DNA of 63,421 nucleotides, counting the filler, from Licmophora abbreviata (Eukaryota), in the NCBI GenBank assembly GCA_900291995.1. It is 8 parts of 8 records of this genome, joined end to end, with 100 filler letters (N's around TTAATTAATTAA, not from the genome) between each part and the next. Parts side by side here need not be neighbours in the genome. Positions count along the whole stretch, not along the records: positions 27,618 to 45,440 come from OLMU01001943.1; positions 45,541 to 58,011 come from OLMU01001944.1; 6 more parts are not named here. One strand, written 5' to 3'. Position numbers and translations under genes: made by a program. The notes beneath the pieces were generated by a model that did not search any database, had not been told where the DNA came from, and saw only the letters and a program-made list of their open reading frames with translations. Numbering within the stretch: the stretch's first letter is position 1; each line of letters opens with the position of its first letter. Shown here in pieces: positions 44,977-55,758 of this stretch.

Positions 44977-47064
44977 ATGCCTTCTACGACCATGGATTCT
45001 TCCTTCCCCACTGCAAATGATGCTTCTGTAATTCAGTCCCCATTTCCCGATGTTTCCTCTCATCAGGCAGGAGTCCAAGATACCACCTCTGCCGGTCTGC
45101 TAATGAACATGGATTGGAGCTCAGAGACGATCCGATCCGAGCTTCAGTCGAGTGTCACTATACTCTCGCACTGCTGTCTGAAACAGGCCAGCAAATGGGC
45201 CTCCGAGCAGCTTTTGGGACTGGAAACAGCAGATGGGACGGCCAACACCCACCTTGAAACTCCCGGCGGCAAGAGTACCACTGCTTCGTCCTCTATTCAG
45301 AGCCCTACGACCCAGCCTACTCAGCCTCAAGACTTTGTTGCGTTACTCTCAAAACGACGGACCGAGAGTGGTATGCAAAGTCCTTATTGGAGCTAGGTGA
45401 ATTCTTGCACGCAGCGGCGGTCTTGAGCGAGGAGACACCCNNNNNNNNNNNNNNNNNNNNNNNNNNNNNNNNNNNNNNNNNNNNTTAATTAATTAANNNN
45501 NNNNNNNNNNNNNNNNNNNNNNNNNNNNNNNNNNNNNNNNCTCTGTCCCTCCTGTTGTCGTTTCACTGCCTTGGTATATGGTTGTAGAGAACCCCTCGAA
45601 CGGACTGCCGTTGTCAATCCGTATCTCCCTCAGCTACGCCAAGAGCTCCAAAGGTACCATGAGTCCGACCAACTTGATGCCTATGGCTTGTACGTCTACG
45701 GCGTGGTACTCAAGGCATCGGCCGTATTGGAAGCACAACAAAAACAAGCTATTCTGATCTTACTGGAGTCCGTTCAGCTTTTTCCTCAAAATTGGAGCGC
45801 GTGGTTGGATATCGCGAGTCTCTGTACGGACAAGGTCGATTTGTATTACAATGTGGTGGTTCCGGAAGTTTCAAGTGTGACAACCCTCGATTCCCACTAC
45901 ATGTATGGTTTTTTTACGGCTCACATGTTGTTGGAACTACAGCACTACCAACAGTCGGTGGCGGTTCTGGACAAGCTTCATCACAATCCTCATACGGACG
46001 CCGTCATGTTTGCGTCGCCGTTTCTTTTGAGCAAGATTGCTGTCAACTACTACCAACTGCGTGACTTTGCGACAGCTGCTAATTACTTTGGGACGTTGCT
46101 ACAGTTGGATCCCCACCGCCTCGAACACATGGATGTGTACAGCAACATACTCTACGTGGCTGAGGATCGGCCGAACTTAAGCAAGCTCGCTCACTGGGCC
46201 ATGAAGTTGGACAAGTATCGTCCTGAAACGTGCTGCATTGTCGGGAATTACTATTCCCTACTAGGACAGCGGACCAAGGCTGTCACGTACTTTCAGCGCG
46301 CGCTCAAACTGGACTCCTCGTACACTTCCGCCTGGACGCTCATGGGACATGAATTTGTCGAATTGAAAAATACGGCAGCTGCCATGGAGTGCTACCGAAG
46401 AGCCGTCGACGTGTCACCGCAAGATTATCGTGCGTGGTATGGCTTGGGACAAACCTATGAATTGTTAAACATGCATCTATATGCCTTGTTTTACTACCGC
46501 AAGGCGGCCACGTTGAGAACGTACGATGCGAGAATGTGGTGTGCGATTGGAGGTTGTTACCAGTTGCTTGGAAGAAAGGAAGATGCAATTCGGAGTTATC
46601 AGCGGGCCATGTCCAACACGGATAAAGAAGGTATTGCGACGCAAAAATTGGCGGCGTTGTATCGACAGGATGGTAAAATGGAAGAGGCGGCGCAGTGCTA
46701 TATGCGACACTTGGAGCTGAGGTATCAAGCGACAGTTCCTCAGGAGTCAGATGAGGAGGACTCGACTCCTCCACTTCATCTCCTGATCAATGTCGTGGCG
46801 CTAGAAGAGGCTGTTGCAGAGGCACTGTTATTCTTGTCGAACTACTATCGTGACCACGGAGAATATGAAACAGCGGCACTCTGCTGTTCGCGCTTATTGG
46901 AGTACCCAGGACCGGAGAAGGAAGAGGGCAAGGCGCTGTTGCGTGAAATTAGATCCCGTCGAGAAAGATCATCAGGCGGTCCCGAGTCTCCGCGGCGACG
47001 CGCTCGCGAGAAGGGTCCTAGCGGGGGAGATGATTCGTCCATGTCTATGGAGTTTTCTCCTTAA
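44977..47064 (+). CDS. CDC23: Anaphase-promoting complex subunit 8, with a homopolymer frameshift at 45351-45354 and a linker gap
   Basis: LKQASKWASEQL, YAKSLLELGEFLHAA, YRPETCCIVGNYYSL, AWTLMGHEFVELKN, DYRAWYGLGQTYE TPR motifs. Confidence 0.93.
45441..45540. other. Artificial linker inside CDC23
   Basis: N44-TTAATTAATTAA-N44. Confidence 0.99.
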
Positions 47065-47184
47065 GATTTGAGTCCAAGGGGGCGGTTTAAAATTATAGCA
47101 CCGCAGCAGATTGATTCGTGATATTCCCCCCGCCTAAGTCTCCTTTATCGCACATGCCACGATGGACGTCCTTGAAAGGGTCAA

Positions 47185-48994
47185 TTATTCCTTCTTTTGT
47201 CGTCGTCGTTCATCTACGATCTTTTGTGCATCAGCTTGCTTGGGGACCAGCCGACTTAGATTCCAGCCACTTGCCAGCCAAGTCACCGATGCTGCTGTCG
47301 ATAGTAGAGACAGTTGTTGCATACCGAAATTCCCAAATGCGAAAGTCAAGCCAGATAGGAGGAGTGACATGCCACTTTTGCCGAATCGACTGCCAAAGAC
47401 GCCAATAATTTCCTTGCCCTATCATAGAGATGACAACAAAACTGTAAGCAAACAGTGCCATTGAAGAAATGTCCCGCCATCAGCGTTTCAGTGCTCCACT
47501 TACCACATATCGGCTTTCAAAGTCCAAAGGAACGTACACCATTTCGCTAGCGACGCCCCGGAAGCTATAATCCATGCACTTGGCGGCAAAGAAGGAGAAG
47601 GCGAGAAGGTACAGAGACGGATCAATTTGAAGGCTCTGAAAGACGGAACATGCCATAGGAATCAAGGGCATGATGCGCCACGCCACACGGGGTTCCATGG
47701 CACCCAGAAAGAGAGGCATGATGACAAACTGAAAGGCACCGCTGACAGCGTTGACAGATGCATAAAACTTGCCCGTCCACGCGGCTCTCGCAACATCATC
47801 CAAAATGGTCGTCTTGAGCTTGGTGACGAAACAGACATTCAGAATCGTTGACAAGCTCTGAAAACTCAGTACCTCGGCAAAGAGTGCACCGAGCTTGGGT
47901 TCTCTATGAAACAGTTGAGTGGCTTTTGATATTTTGTTCTTTGATTTCGATTCCGCCTTGGACTGTTGCTTTTGCTTGATCTCCTCTGCAGGATCAAAGC
48001 CATGTTTCTCTGACAGCGCGTACGCTCGTTCTCCCAGTATCCAGCTCCCAGCCAATGTGACAGTCGTACACAACAACAGCCCCGGCAATCCGATACGTTC
48101 CACAAGCCACTGAACGTTAGTTCCTGTACAAGTCGACGCCAAACTGCTCAGACCGGCAATGCCGGCAAACCATCGGGAGCCTTCCATTGGTGTCATGACA
48201 CTCCCCAGAAAGGACCATTGCTGTGCGTACAACAAATGAGCATAGCTGTTCTGAAAGATGAACGTAAAGGCCACGAGCGCTCTTGACCACCACCGGGTAC
48301 TGTGCACCAGCACACTATCGCTGGCCACGGCCCCAAGGCCACCATGAAAGAGCGACAGACTGTTGGCGAGAAGTGCCAGTCCGGTCGCCAGCAGTACGAG
48401 AATCGACCCCAGCGTCGATTGCCGGAAGGCTACTTTGGGACCTTTCGTTTCCAGAACATTGCCATACAGCATGAGCAGGATAACAGAAAATGGAGACACC
48501 ATGGCCATGGCGAAAGGAAAGGCGGTAGCGCTGCTGAATCCAGTGTCCTTGGATGTAAATAGCGCCAAAGCACTGCTTCGCGCAAACTCGTAGCCACCAA
48601 AGTGCAGAGCCATGGCCAGAGCCATGTACAGCACAGCCCATGCTCGTGGAGATAACATGTGATGATTATTACTAGTATACAACGAGGAAGCGTCGCCGTC
48701 GGAGGACGAGGATGCTAGCTCGAGGGACGTTGTACTATTGGCAGTAGCGGCCAGAGCACCGACCAGCGGAGCGGCCTTTTTGGCAAAGAGACGAACTGAA
48801 AATCCAAGCTCGGTCTGTACCACTGACTGTATGCCACTTCCCATGAGAGGGAGAAGCGACGCAGTTGTGTGAAACGATGGACGGCTCGCAACGAATGGAG
48901 CAATCACCAACATGGACAAGTTGATGGCAGTCGCTGAGAGTGTGATGTGTGTGATGCCAAAAAAGTGAGAGTGAAGGGAGGTGCGCGATGACAT
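47185..48994 (-). CDS. NTT/TLC-family nucleotide (ATP/ADP) transporter-like MFS protein (intron 47503-47419; start uncertain)
   Basis: Multiple TM segments; C-terminal AKCMDYSF...EMVYVPLDFESRYV-GKEIIGVFGSRFGKSG is characteristic of TLC carriers. Confidence 0.72.
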
Positions 48995-49166
48995 ATGGCA
49001 TCCGGAATCTTTGTGCGCCTCGTTGATGAGTCAGTCAGTCATAAGTATCCCGCTCTTCCAGTCGAAAACATCCGCGCGCCATAACTGGGAGCTCGCAAAA
49101 CCTCACTTTCGAACTGCCTTGCGACGACGTCGTGGGCCACTCACACGCACACACCCTCTTTCAATC

Positions 49167-52100
49167 ATGACATCGTCTTCTTTGTCGTCGTCCACGACGC
49201 GGATTCACCTCGTCTTGAACAAACGAAGCAATGAAAGGTCTCAAGAGAGTAGCGAAGGAGAAAAGGAAGTGACAAGCGTGCCGAAAAAGGCAAACAGGAA
49301 GAATCAGAGCTCCAATGCCACCCTAGACACGGGCATGGCCGAAATCTCGCCTACTCCTCACAAAAGCCAGGCGATTCCTTCTCAGCAGGCCTATCCGAAC
49401 CAAAATTCTGGATCCTCCTCGAACGAACACCAATGGACCGATTCCAGTGCGAATCTGCCTCCCCTCTCAGCTCACACGACCGAAAAGCTCGCGGATGGAC
49501 GACTCCAGTTTCCCATCAATGAAGAGTGTGAGTGTGTGACTGCCCATCATGACTTGGCTGTTGCTTGTTCTCCCCTCACGCATAGATTTCTCGCTCTTCC
49601 CCCAAGGTACCTCCCTCAGACTAGCACCCAGTGGACGTCATTTGGTCGCGGGCTTCACCGACGGCACGCTGCGTCTTTTCGACTTGACGGAAACGTGGGA
49701 CCAGGATTGTGCTGCTACTATTTCCACTTCTGCAGGAACACTACAGAACTCTTCACCAGCCTCTCTCTTTTCGTCTACCAGTAGCGACGATGATGACGAC
49801 GACGACGATGATGAAAACCAACTTTCGTCTGCCATGGTCTGTTCCAAGTCCTTTCAAGCCTTTGGTGCCGTCTGTTGTCAGATTCAAGCGCGAGGTGTCC
49901 ACACCTCTCTTCAAATGCACGTGGACATTAGCGAGGACAGTCGCTTTGCATTTGGCGGTGTGACGCGCGGCAGCATGGAACTCGTCGCGGTCGATCTCAC
50001 TGCTGTGGAGCAGCACGCTGACCTACTGCGAACCAGGAACAACAACAACAACAACATATTGGACTATGTTCAAGTCCATCGCCATTCCGAAGCCAAGCTC
50101 AAGGGCTTCGGTGCGTGTGCGCGGCTGCGAGGCAGTCCGGACGAAAGTCCCAAGTATCTCTTGTTGACTGGTCGTGGTATCAAGAATCTGCACATTTGGT
50201 GCTTTTCTCCCGATGCTCCAGACCGCCAGCAGTGGCAGTGCTTGTATGACACGCCGACCAATGGCAATACCATTTCGCTCCTCCATCTCCGATACGACCC
50301 GCATGGATGTCTACAGGCCATGACGAAGAGTGACGGTCAAAAGCTGCGACTGTGGGACCTGTCGTACGAACAGCAGGATGATCACGGGCCGAGTGTCATT
50401 GCGCAGTTTCGGAAGAAGGAGGACACTGAGGAACGTCCGAAGCGTCCTCCTTATGTCGATGTGGCATCCACAGAATCGACGCTCGGTATCGCTGGTGCAT
50501 TTGCCTTTGGTGGGGGTGATGGCATATACAATCAAATGAGTGTGGTGGGACTGGATGTGGATAATGTTCGGTCGCCCTACAATCGTACGGAACTTGCCTT
50601 GCCGGGCAATACGCAGAATCGACGACAGCAACGTGGTGACTTGAAGAGTATTGTGCGAGTGGCAGGAATGGTGATGGATGCAGGGCATGTGCTACTCGAA
50701 CTTTCGGATGTGAGTGAAAATGGAATCACTGGAATAGTCTATGGCAGCTAAGCGTGTCAGGCTTACAAAACACTTTTGTTCCATTTTCGAATGATACAGG
50801 GATCAATTGTTAAGTACTCCCAGAACTCGACAAATTCGGTCGGTCTCCCTCGTCTCCACGTTCTTCCCAGCAAGAGCTTTGGAGCTCCGTACAGGCCTGA
50901 CGACCCTGTGACGAGTCGCACCTTGTGCGTGACTCGTATCGCATCCTCCGGGACTGTCGTGGCAGCCGCGGCGACGTCTCACCATGGTCACGGCAGTATT
51001 GTCTTGCGACAGCTCGAGCAGGAAGGCAGAGCGCCCATTGGCTTTTGGGGATTTGACGGGGCATCCTCAGCCCCGGTGCGAAAACCTGTTGCTAGCAACA
51101 GTCCTGCAGTGGCCGACAAATTGGCGCTGGCCTCCTGTGTCCAGCAGACGCCGCGGAAGGAAGTTCCAAAGTCGGAAGGATCTCGCGTCGTTCAGCTCTT
51201 CCCTGACGGTTCTGTTGTGACTCCAAAGATTCCTGTAGATGTTACCTCTGGCAAATCGACTACGACGTTGAAGGTTAAGAAGCTGCTTCCCCAGGGTAAA
51301 CCACCAGGCTCGGCAGCACGAGTTTCATTGTCGCCTTCAAAAGACAGAGCTGTCGGCCCCGAGGTGTCGCCAGAGCAAGGTATTCCTGCGTCAGAAATGA
51401 AGCGAATGGAAGAAAGATCTACCAAGAAGAAGAATAGCGCCATGATGAAGTATCTCCGAGAGGCTGGGGCGAAAAAGAAAGGCAAAAAGAAACGCAAGAG
51501 GGAGTCGCCCATGAAAAATGCCGGGCCAGGGGCATCGACGATGGTGTCATCCAAGGCCCTTGAGAGCACGAAGAAACAAAAGACGAGTTCACCTCATGTG
51601 CCGAGGAAATTGCCTGGTTTGAGAGACGGGAACGCGATGAATAAGTCCACTGAAAACTCTATTCGTAAGTGAGAAAGGTATTTGAACTTGCGTCCAGCTA
51701 CAGGAGAACTGACACAATAGATCGCTCTTACACCTGCAGGGGACGTTCCAGAGATTATGGGTGCGGTACCGAGCAGTGCACACTCGCCCATGAGGCTGAC
51801 TCGTGCAATGAGGAAAGAGGCCGGCATTGACGAAGACCCCCGAACATACATTTCCGTTCATTATAGGCGAAAGATTCCAACGCCGCTAACCCGTCAACTT
51901 TCGTCGAAGACCGTTCATGAACGTTTTGCGGTTCCTGTCATTGGTGATCAAGAAGCTGCACGAATGAATCTCGCCGCTCATCATCGGGCACAGCACGAGA
52001 TGCTTCGAAAGAAGGTTTTTCTCTAGTGCCGACCGTGCAGTTAAAGCACTAACACGCCTCCCCTCTATCAGCGATGCGCAAGCCAAGAAGCAGCTAGCTG

Positions 52101-52376
52101 AAACGCTTGAGGAATACCAGGAACTCTTGGTATGTACTACTTCGTGGGTTAGCAATGCCCGTCTGTGGATTCGATGGCAAGATTGCAACTCACTCCTTCT
52201 GTTCTTCTACAAAGCATGATATGTTGGGCAGACAGCGCATGGAAGCATCGTCGTTGGCTGCGCAACAGTCATGGGGTGCAGCAGCGCAGGTGCCGGAGCT
52301 CCAAGTCTCTTTTCCGTTTCCAGAATGCTTTGAAACTGCAAAGATAAGCTTGGATCTATTCATCGGACGTGCCTGA
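49167..52376 (+). CDS. Multi-exon WD40/beta-propeller protein with basic low-complexity region (introns 49528-49606, 50710-50799, 51665-51739, 52130-52214; probable frameshift at 52016-52020)
   Basis: LVAGFTDGTLRLFDL, KNLHIW, DGQKLRLWDL; canonical splice sites link consecutive ORFs; NLS KKKGKKKRKR. Confidence 0.7.
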
Positions 52377-52434
52377 TCGGGACGAACGAAGCAGACTAAA
52401 CTCTCTAGAGATGCATTGCTGTCCTGACTATCGC

Positions 52435-53805
52435 TCACATCATCGTCGTGATCATGTTGTATCGCTCCAACACACCAACCAGCCGCGACCAAGTATCGGG
52501 AGTCTCGAGCCACATCTGCCGAAGCCCAGCTCCGACCGGTGTCTGTTCCAATAATGCGGATGCCGAAAAACTGAGACGCCGCTGCCTCCGAAAATTGGGG
52601 TAGTCTGAAGAAAGCGCCGGTGGAGCGCTAGCCGAAGCTGGAGGCGTAAGCGGATCAGGCCAGGAGCGCCCGGGGGGAAGCAACCGTATCAACTCCGTCG
52701 GCATGGCAAGACCAACAGCCTGGCAAAACTCTTCCATGGTCTGCCAGAGCTCGTCTTCCAAATCGGCGACCGACATATCCCGGCGCTTGGCCATCAGCTC
52801 CGGATGAGAAGGAGGCTCCCGCAAAATGTTTGACGCTGAAAGCTGAAGTAGCATCGTGTCGGAACACCCTTCTCGAGAGCCGTCGTGCTCGTCTAAATCA
52901 TCGGCGTTCCGCCCATGAAAGTGCTTTGCATATGGCACAAAGGGCAAGACTTTGCCCAAGTCAGGCCCGAAAACCTCCAGCACGTCAAGGAATTCACTCT
53001 CTGGAACGGGCAGACGAACAGAAGAGTCGTATTCATAGTCATGGTAGTCAAAAGATCTCACTGCGGCCCTAGCTCGGACCTTTTCGGCAGACTCTCCCTC
53101 CGAGCGCCTAGCGCGATCCAGTTCTTCCGTGTCCGGAAGTATCTGCACGTCAGCAATCGAATACGGCAACTTCTGGACTACCCGCTCAACTAGGAATCGT
53201 TCTACAGCATGCACCAGTAGAAGCAGTCGTCCATCGGTCAGACGACGACTATCCACAATCTCCAGCAACGTCCCCACGACCGAAGATCTCGGCAATCCCT
53301 TCTTTCGTTCTTCATCGTCGGCCTCTTCTCTCCACGTCTTGAGCTCATAGCAATACTTGTCAGGCTTTAAATTCTCCGATCCACCGGGAAGAAACAAGTG
53401 CCCGACATACCATGGCTTTGGACCGTTCAGGATCTTCTCAAAACAGTTCGTATACGTGCCCTCGTGTACATTTAGAACGTTTGACCGTCCTGGAAGCTCA
53501 GACCACTGGACACGCCACAATGGAAGATTGGACAGGATTCCGCTATCTCTATTCAGAGTCGGTGTCGATATTTCGTCGCCACTTGCGTAGAAGGACCGCT
53601 GCAAAGACCGTACCATTTCCATTCTACGTTGCTGTGATTCCTCATCCTCGTCGGCGGCTGAGCTCATCCGGAGGCTGATGGTGCTGCTGCGGGTCGTGCT
53701 CGAGGACAAAGATCGAATTCTTGGGTGACGAAGAGAAATATCCGTCGGAGCGAATGCGGAACATACCGCCGCAAGAGCAGGAAGGAATGGAATAGAGGAC
53801 CGCAT
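52435..53805 (-). CDS. Plastid-targeted Lon N-terminal substrate-binding (PUA-like) domain protein
   Basis: CSA|FAP presequence; LPG..LNVHE..Y, VGTLLEI..DGRLLLLVHAVERF..PY; no AAA or protease domain. Confidence 0.78.
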   Translation of the reverse strand: MRSSIPFLPALAAVCSAFAPTDISLRHPRIRSLSSSTTRSSTISLRMSSAADEDEESQQRRMEMVRSLQRSFYASGDEISTPTLNRDSGILSNLPLWRVQWSELPGRSNVLNVHEGTYTNCFEKILNGPKPWYVGHLFLPGGSENLKPDKYCYELKTWREEADDEERKKGLPRSSVVGTLLEIVDSRRLTDGRLLLLVHAVERFLVERVVQKLPYSIADVQILPDTEELDRARRSEGESAEKVRARAAVRSFDYHDYEYDSSVRLPVPESEFLDVLEVFGPDLGKVLPFVPYAKHFHGRNADDLDEHDGSREGCSDTMLLQLSASNILREPPSHPELMAKRRDMSVADLEDELWQTMEEFCQAVGLAMPTELIRLLPPGRSWPDPLTPPASASAPPALSSDYPNFRRQRRLSFSASALLEQTPVGAGLRQMWLETPDTWSRLVGVLERYNMITTMM

Positions 53806-54129
53806 CTTGGAGCTGGGTACATCAACAGAGAAATGTGTACACGGCCTTTTTGTTGTGTCCCCATCACTGCGTCTGCGGGATGAACGAAAAAGGCACCCGC
53901 CTTCCGAGAGCTCAGCTTTGATGAAGATACCGTTCGACGGAGCTCGCGGGCGATTACTTCATTCAGACCAGACGAAGACTACTGTATCTCTACCGGTAAA
54001 CACAATGTAGTTTGAATCCATACACATACATTCTTTACCATGGTAAGCTACTCAATATTTAAAGCACGCAATATTTTACAAGAAGAGGAATGGTGTACAG
54101 GTAAGGGGCACATAAAGCATCGAGAAACG

Positions 54130-55281
54130 TTACACCATTTCCGATCCCTGACTCTGTGAGCCGTTTGACTGGCCATCGTATTGGCTCCTCGAGTAGTAGG
54201 ATCCTTCTCCGTGCGATTGCTCCTCACCACCTCCACCATATGCAACTTGGTCCCCTGAACGATTCGATTCACTGCGCTCTTCCCCTGAATAGTAGGAACC
54301 CTCTTCCTCGCCAACCGAATGGCGCGATCGTACCTCATGTGAGTATTGAGATCTAGAACCTCCTGACTGATCGTCACCGAACGGATTCCTTGCGCTTCTC
54401 CGATCTGACTGATAATCCTCGTCTTCGTAATCTGCTTCCTGGACTTGCGCAAGCGACGATTGGAAACCCTGTCCTCCATCCGTTTGGTAGTAGTCTTCCT
54501 CCTCCCCTTCTCCCTCCTCGCCAAACATGTCTTGATAGCGACGCTGCGTCTCTTCCTGGTGCCGAGTTCGCTCGTCATCTTCATCGTCTTCATCCTCATC
54601 ATCGAGCACGTCGTCGCGATACTGTTGCTTCAGTGATGGATCGACCTCACGACGAGTCGTGCGACTCTTACTAGCCAGGGGACTTCGGAGGCAGATACCA
54701 GCAGACACCGCCCAGAAGATGGCCGACACGAGACTCAAAATGCTGCCGGCCCCCATACCACATGAAGTGGACATGAGACTAGACAGATTTGTTCCGGGCG
54801 TGGCATAGTCGAAAAAACCGGGCTGACAAATGTTGCTGGCCATAGTGACCAATGTGGACACATCAAAGACAGATGTCAACAGAAACAAGTATCCAATCTG
54901 CTCATATCGCGAGGGCTTGATCATGAAGCATGTACCAAGCCAGCAATACATCATGCCGATACCTCCTAGAAGCGTGGTAAGTGTAGTAAATGCGTTGGAC
55001 GCTTTGAACGCACCATCGAACGACGGGTCGTTGCCGTTGATGGAGTAGGAATAGCAGGAGCCTTCTGCCTCCCAGCCCCAGAATCCAACCCCATGATCAT
55101 GTAGAAGAAGGATGCTTTTCTCTGCAACGAGATCGCTAACTTCGGCCTTTATGCTGACAGAGCGAGTCAAAAAGGAACACGCTGCAACCGAGGACAAGCT
55201 CAGTATCCACGCGAGGGTCGATATGCACACCGGCCAAGCCGACCATGCTCCATTGGGAGTCATTTCAAGCTTGTGAACCAT
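54130..55281 (-). CDS. Four-TM claudin-like membrane protein with acidic and YYS-repeat tail
   Basis: TM1-CSF...VGFW..C loop, NIC...CGMG motif; same layout as 21388-22707. Confidence 0.65.
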   Translation of the reverse strand: MVHKLEMTPNGAWSAWPVCISTLAWILSLSSVAACSFLTRSVSIKAEVSDLVAEKSILLLHDHGVGFWGWEAEGSCYSYSINGNDPSFDGAFKASNAFTTLTTLLGGIGMMYCWLGTCFMIKPSRYEQIGYLFLLTSVFDVSTLVTMASNICQPGFFDYATPGTNLSSLMSTSCGMGAGSILSLVSAIFWAVSAGICLRSPLASKSRTTRREVDPSLKQQYRDDVLDDEDEDDEDDERTRHQEETQRRYQDMFGEEGEGEEEDYYQTDGGQGFQSSLAQVQEADYEDEDYQSDRRSARNPFGDDQSGGSRSQYSHEVRSRHSVGEEEGSYYSGEERSESNRSGDQVAYGGGGEEQSHGEGSYYSRSQYDGQSNGSQSQGSEMV

Positions 55282-55758
55282 CTTGTTACTACGAAGAAGG
55301 AGGCGGAGGTGTGGCTCATCGCCGTGAGTGATGTTTCCGAACGCTGCATGCAAGGCACGAGACAGGCACCGCGACTCGGAAAAAGTGTAAGTCCAAGTCA
55401 TTATCGATACTCACCATGCTGGATTTCCACAGCAAAGCATTTCCACACAGCAGCATGGTCCCCTATGACGACTCATGTTACGACCTACAGACACGGCGAT
55501 ACTACGATCGCCTGATCTAAACATGTTGCTCCATACATGCAACGGACGCGATATGCATTCACTTTGTTTATGGCTTTAGTTGCGATTCGTCCCAATCGGT
55601 CATCGATGACTCTATTTTACGCAAAACATGTACGAATGGGTGAGATGATAAATGTTGGACGAGAGTCTGTAAGGCGACCGGTTCATCCACAGCTCGTATC
55701 TCGTGTGATGGCCACTCAAAACCTTTCTCACTTTGTCCTCTCCAAAGATCGGACAACG

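Noticed and set aside
52015..52070. A 56-nt intron explaining the WD40 frame break
   Set aside because: Weak GTTTTT donor, and splicing leads to a stop within ten codons; a one-base deletion instead links to the next canonical exon
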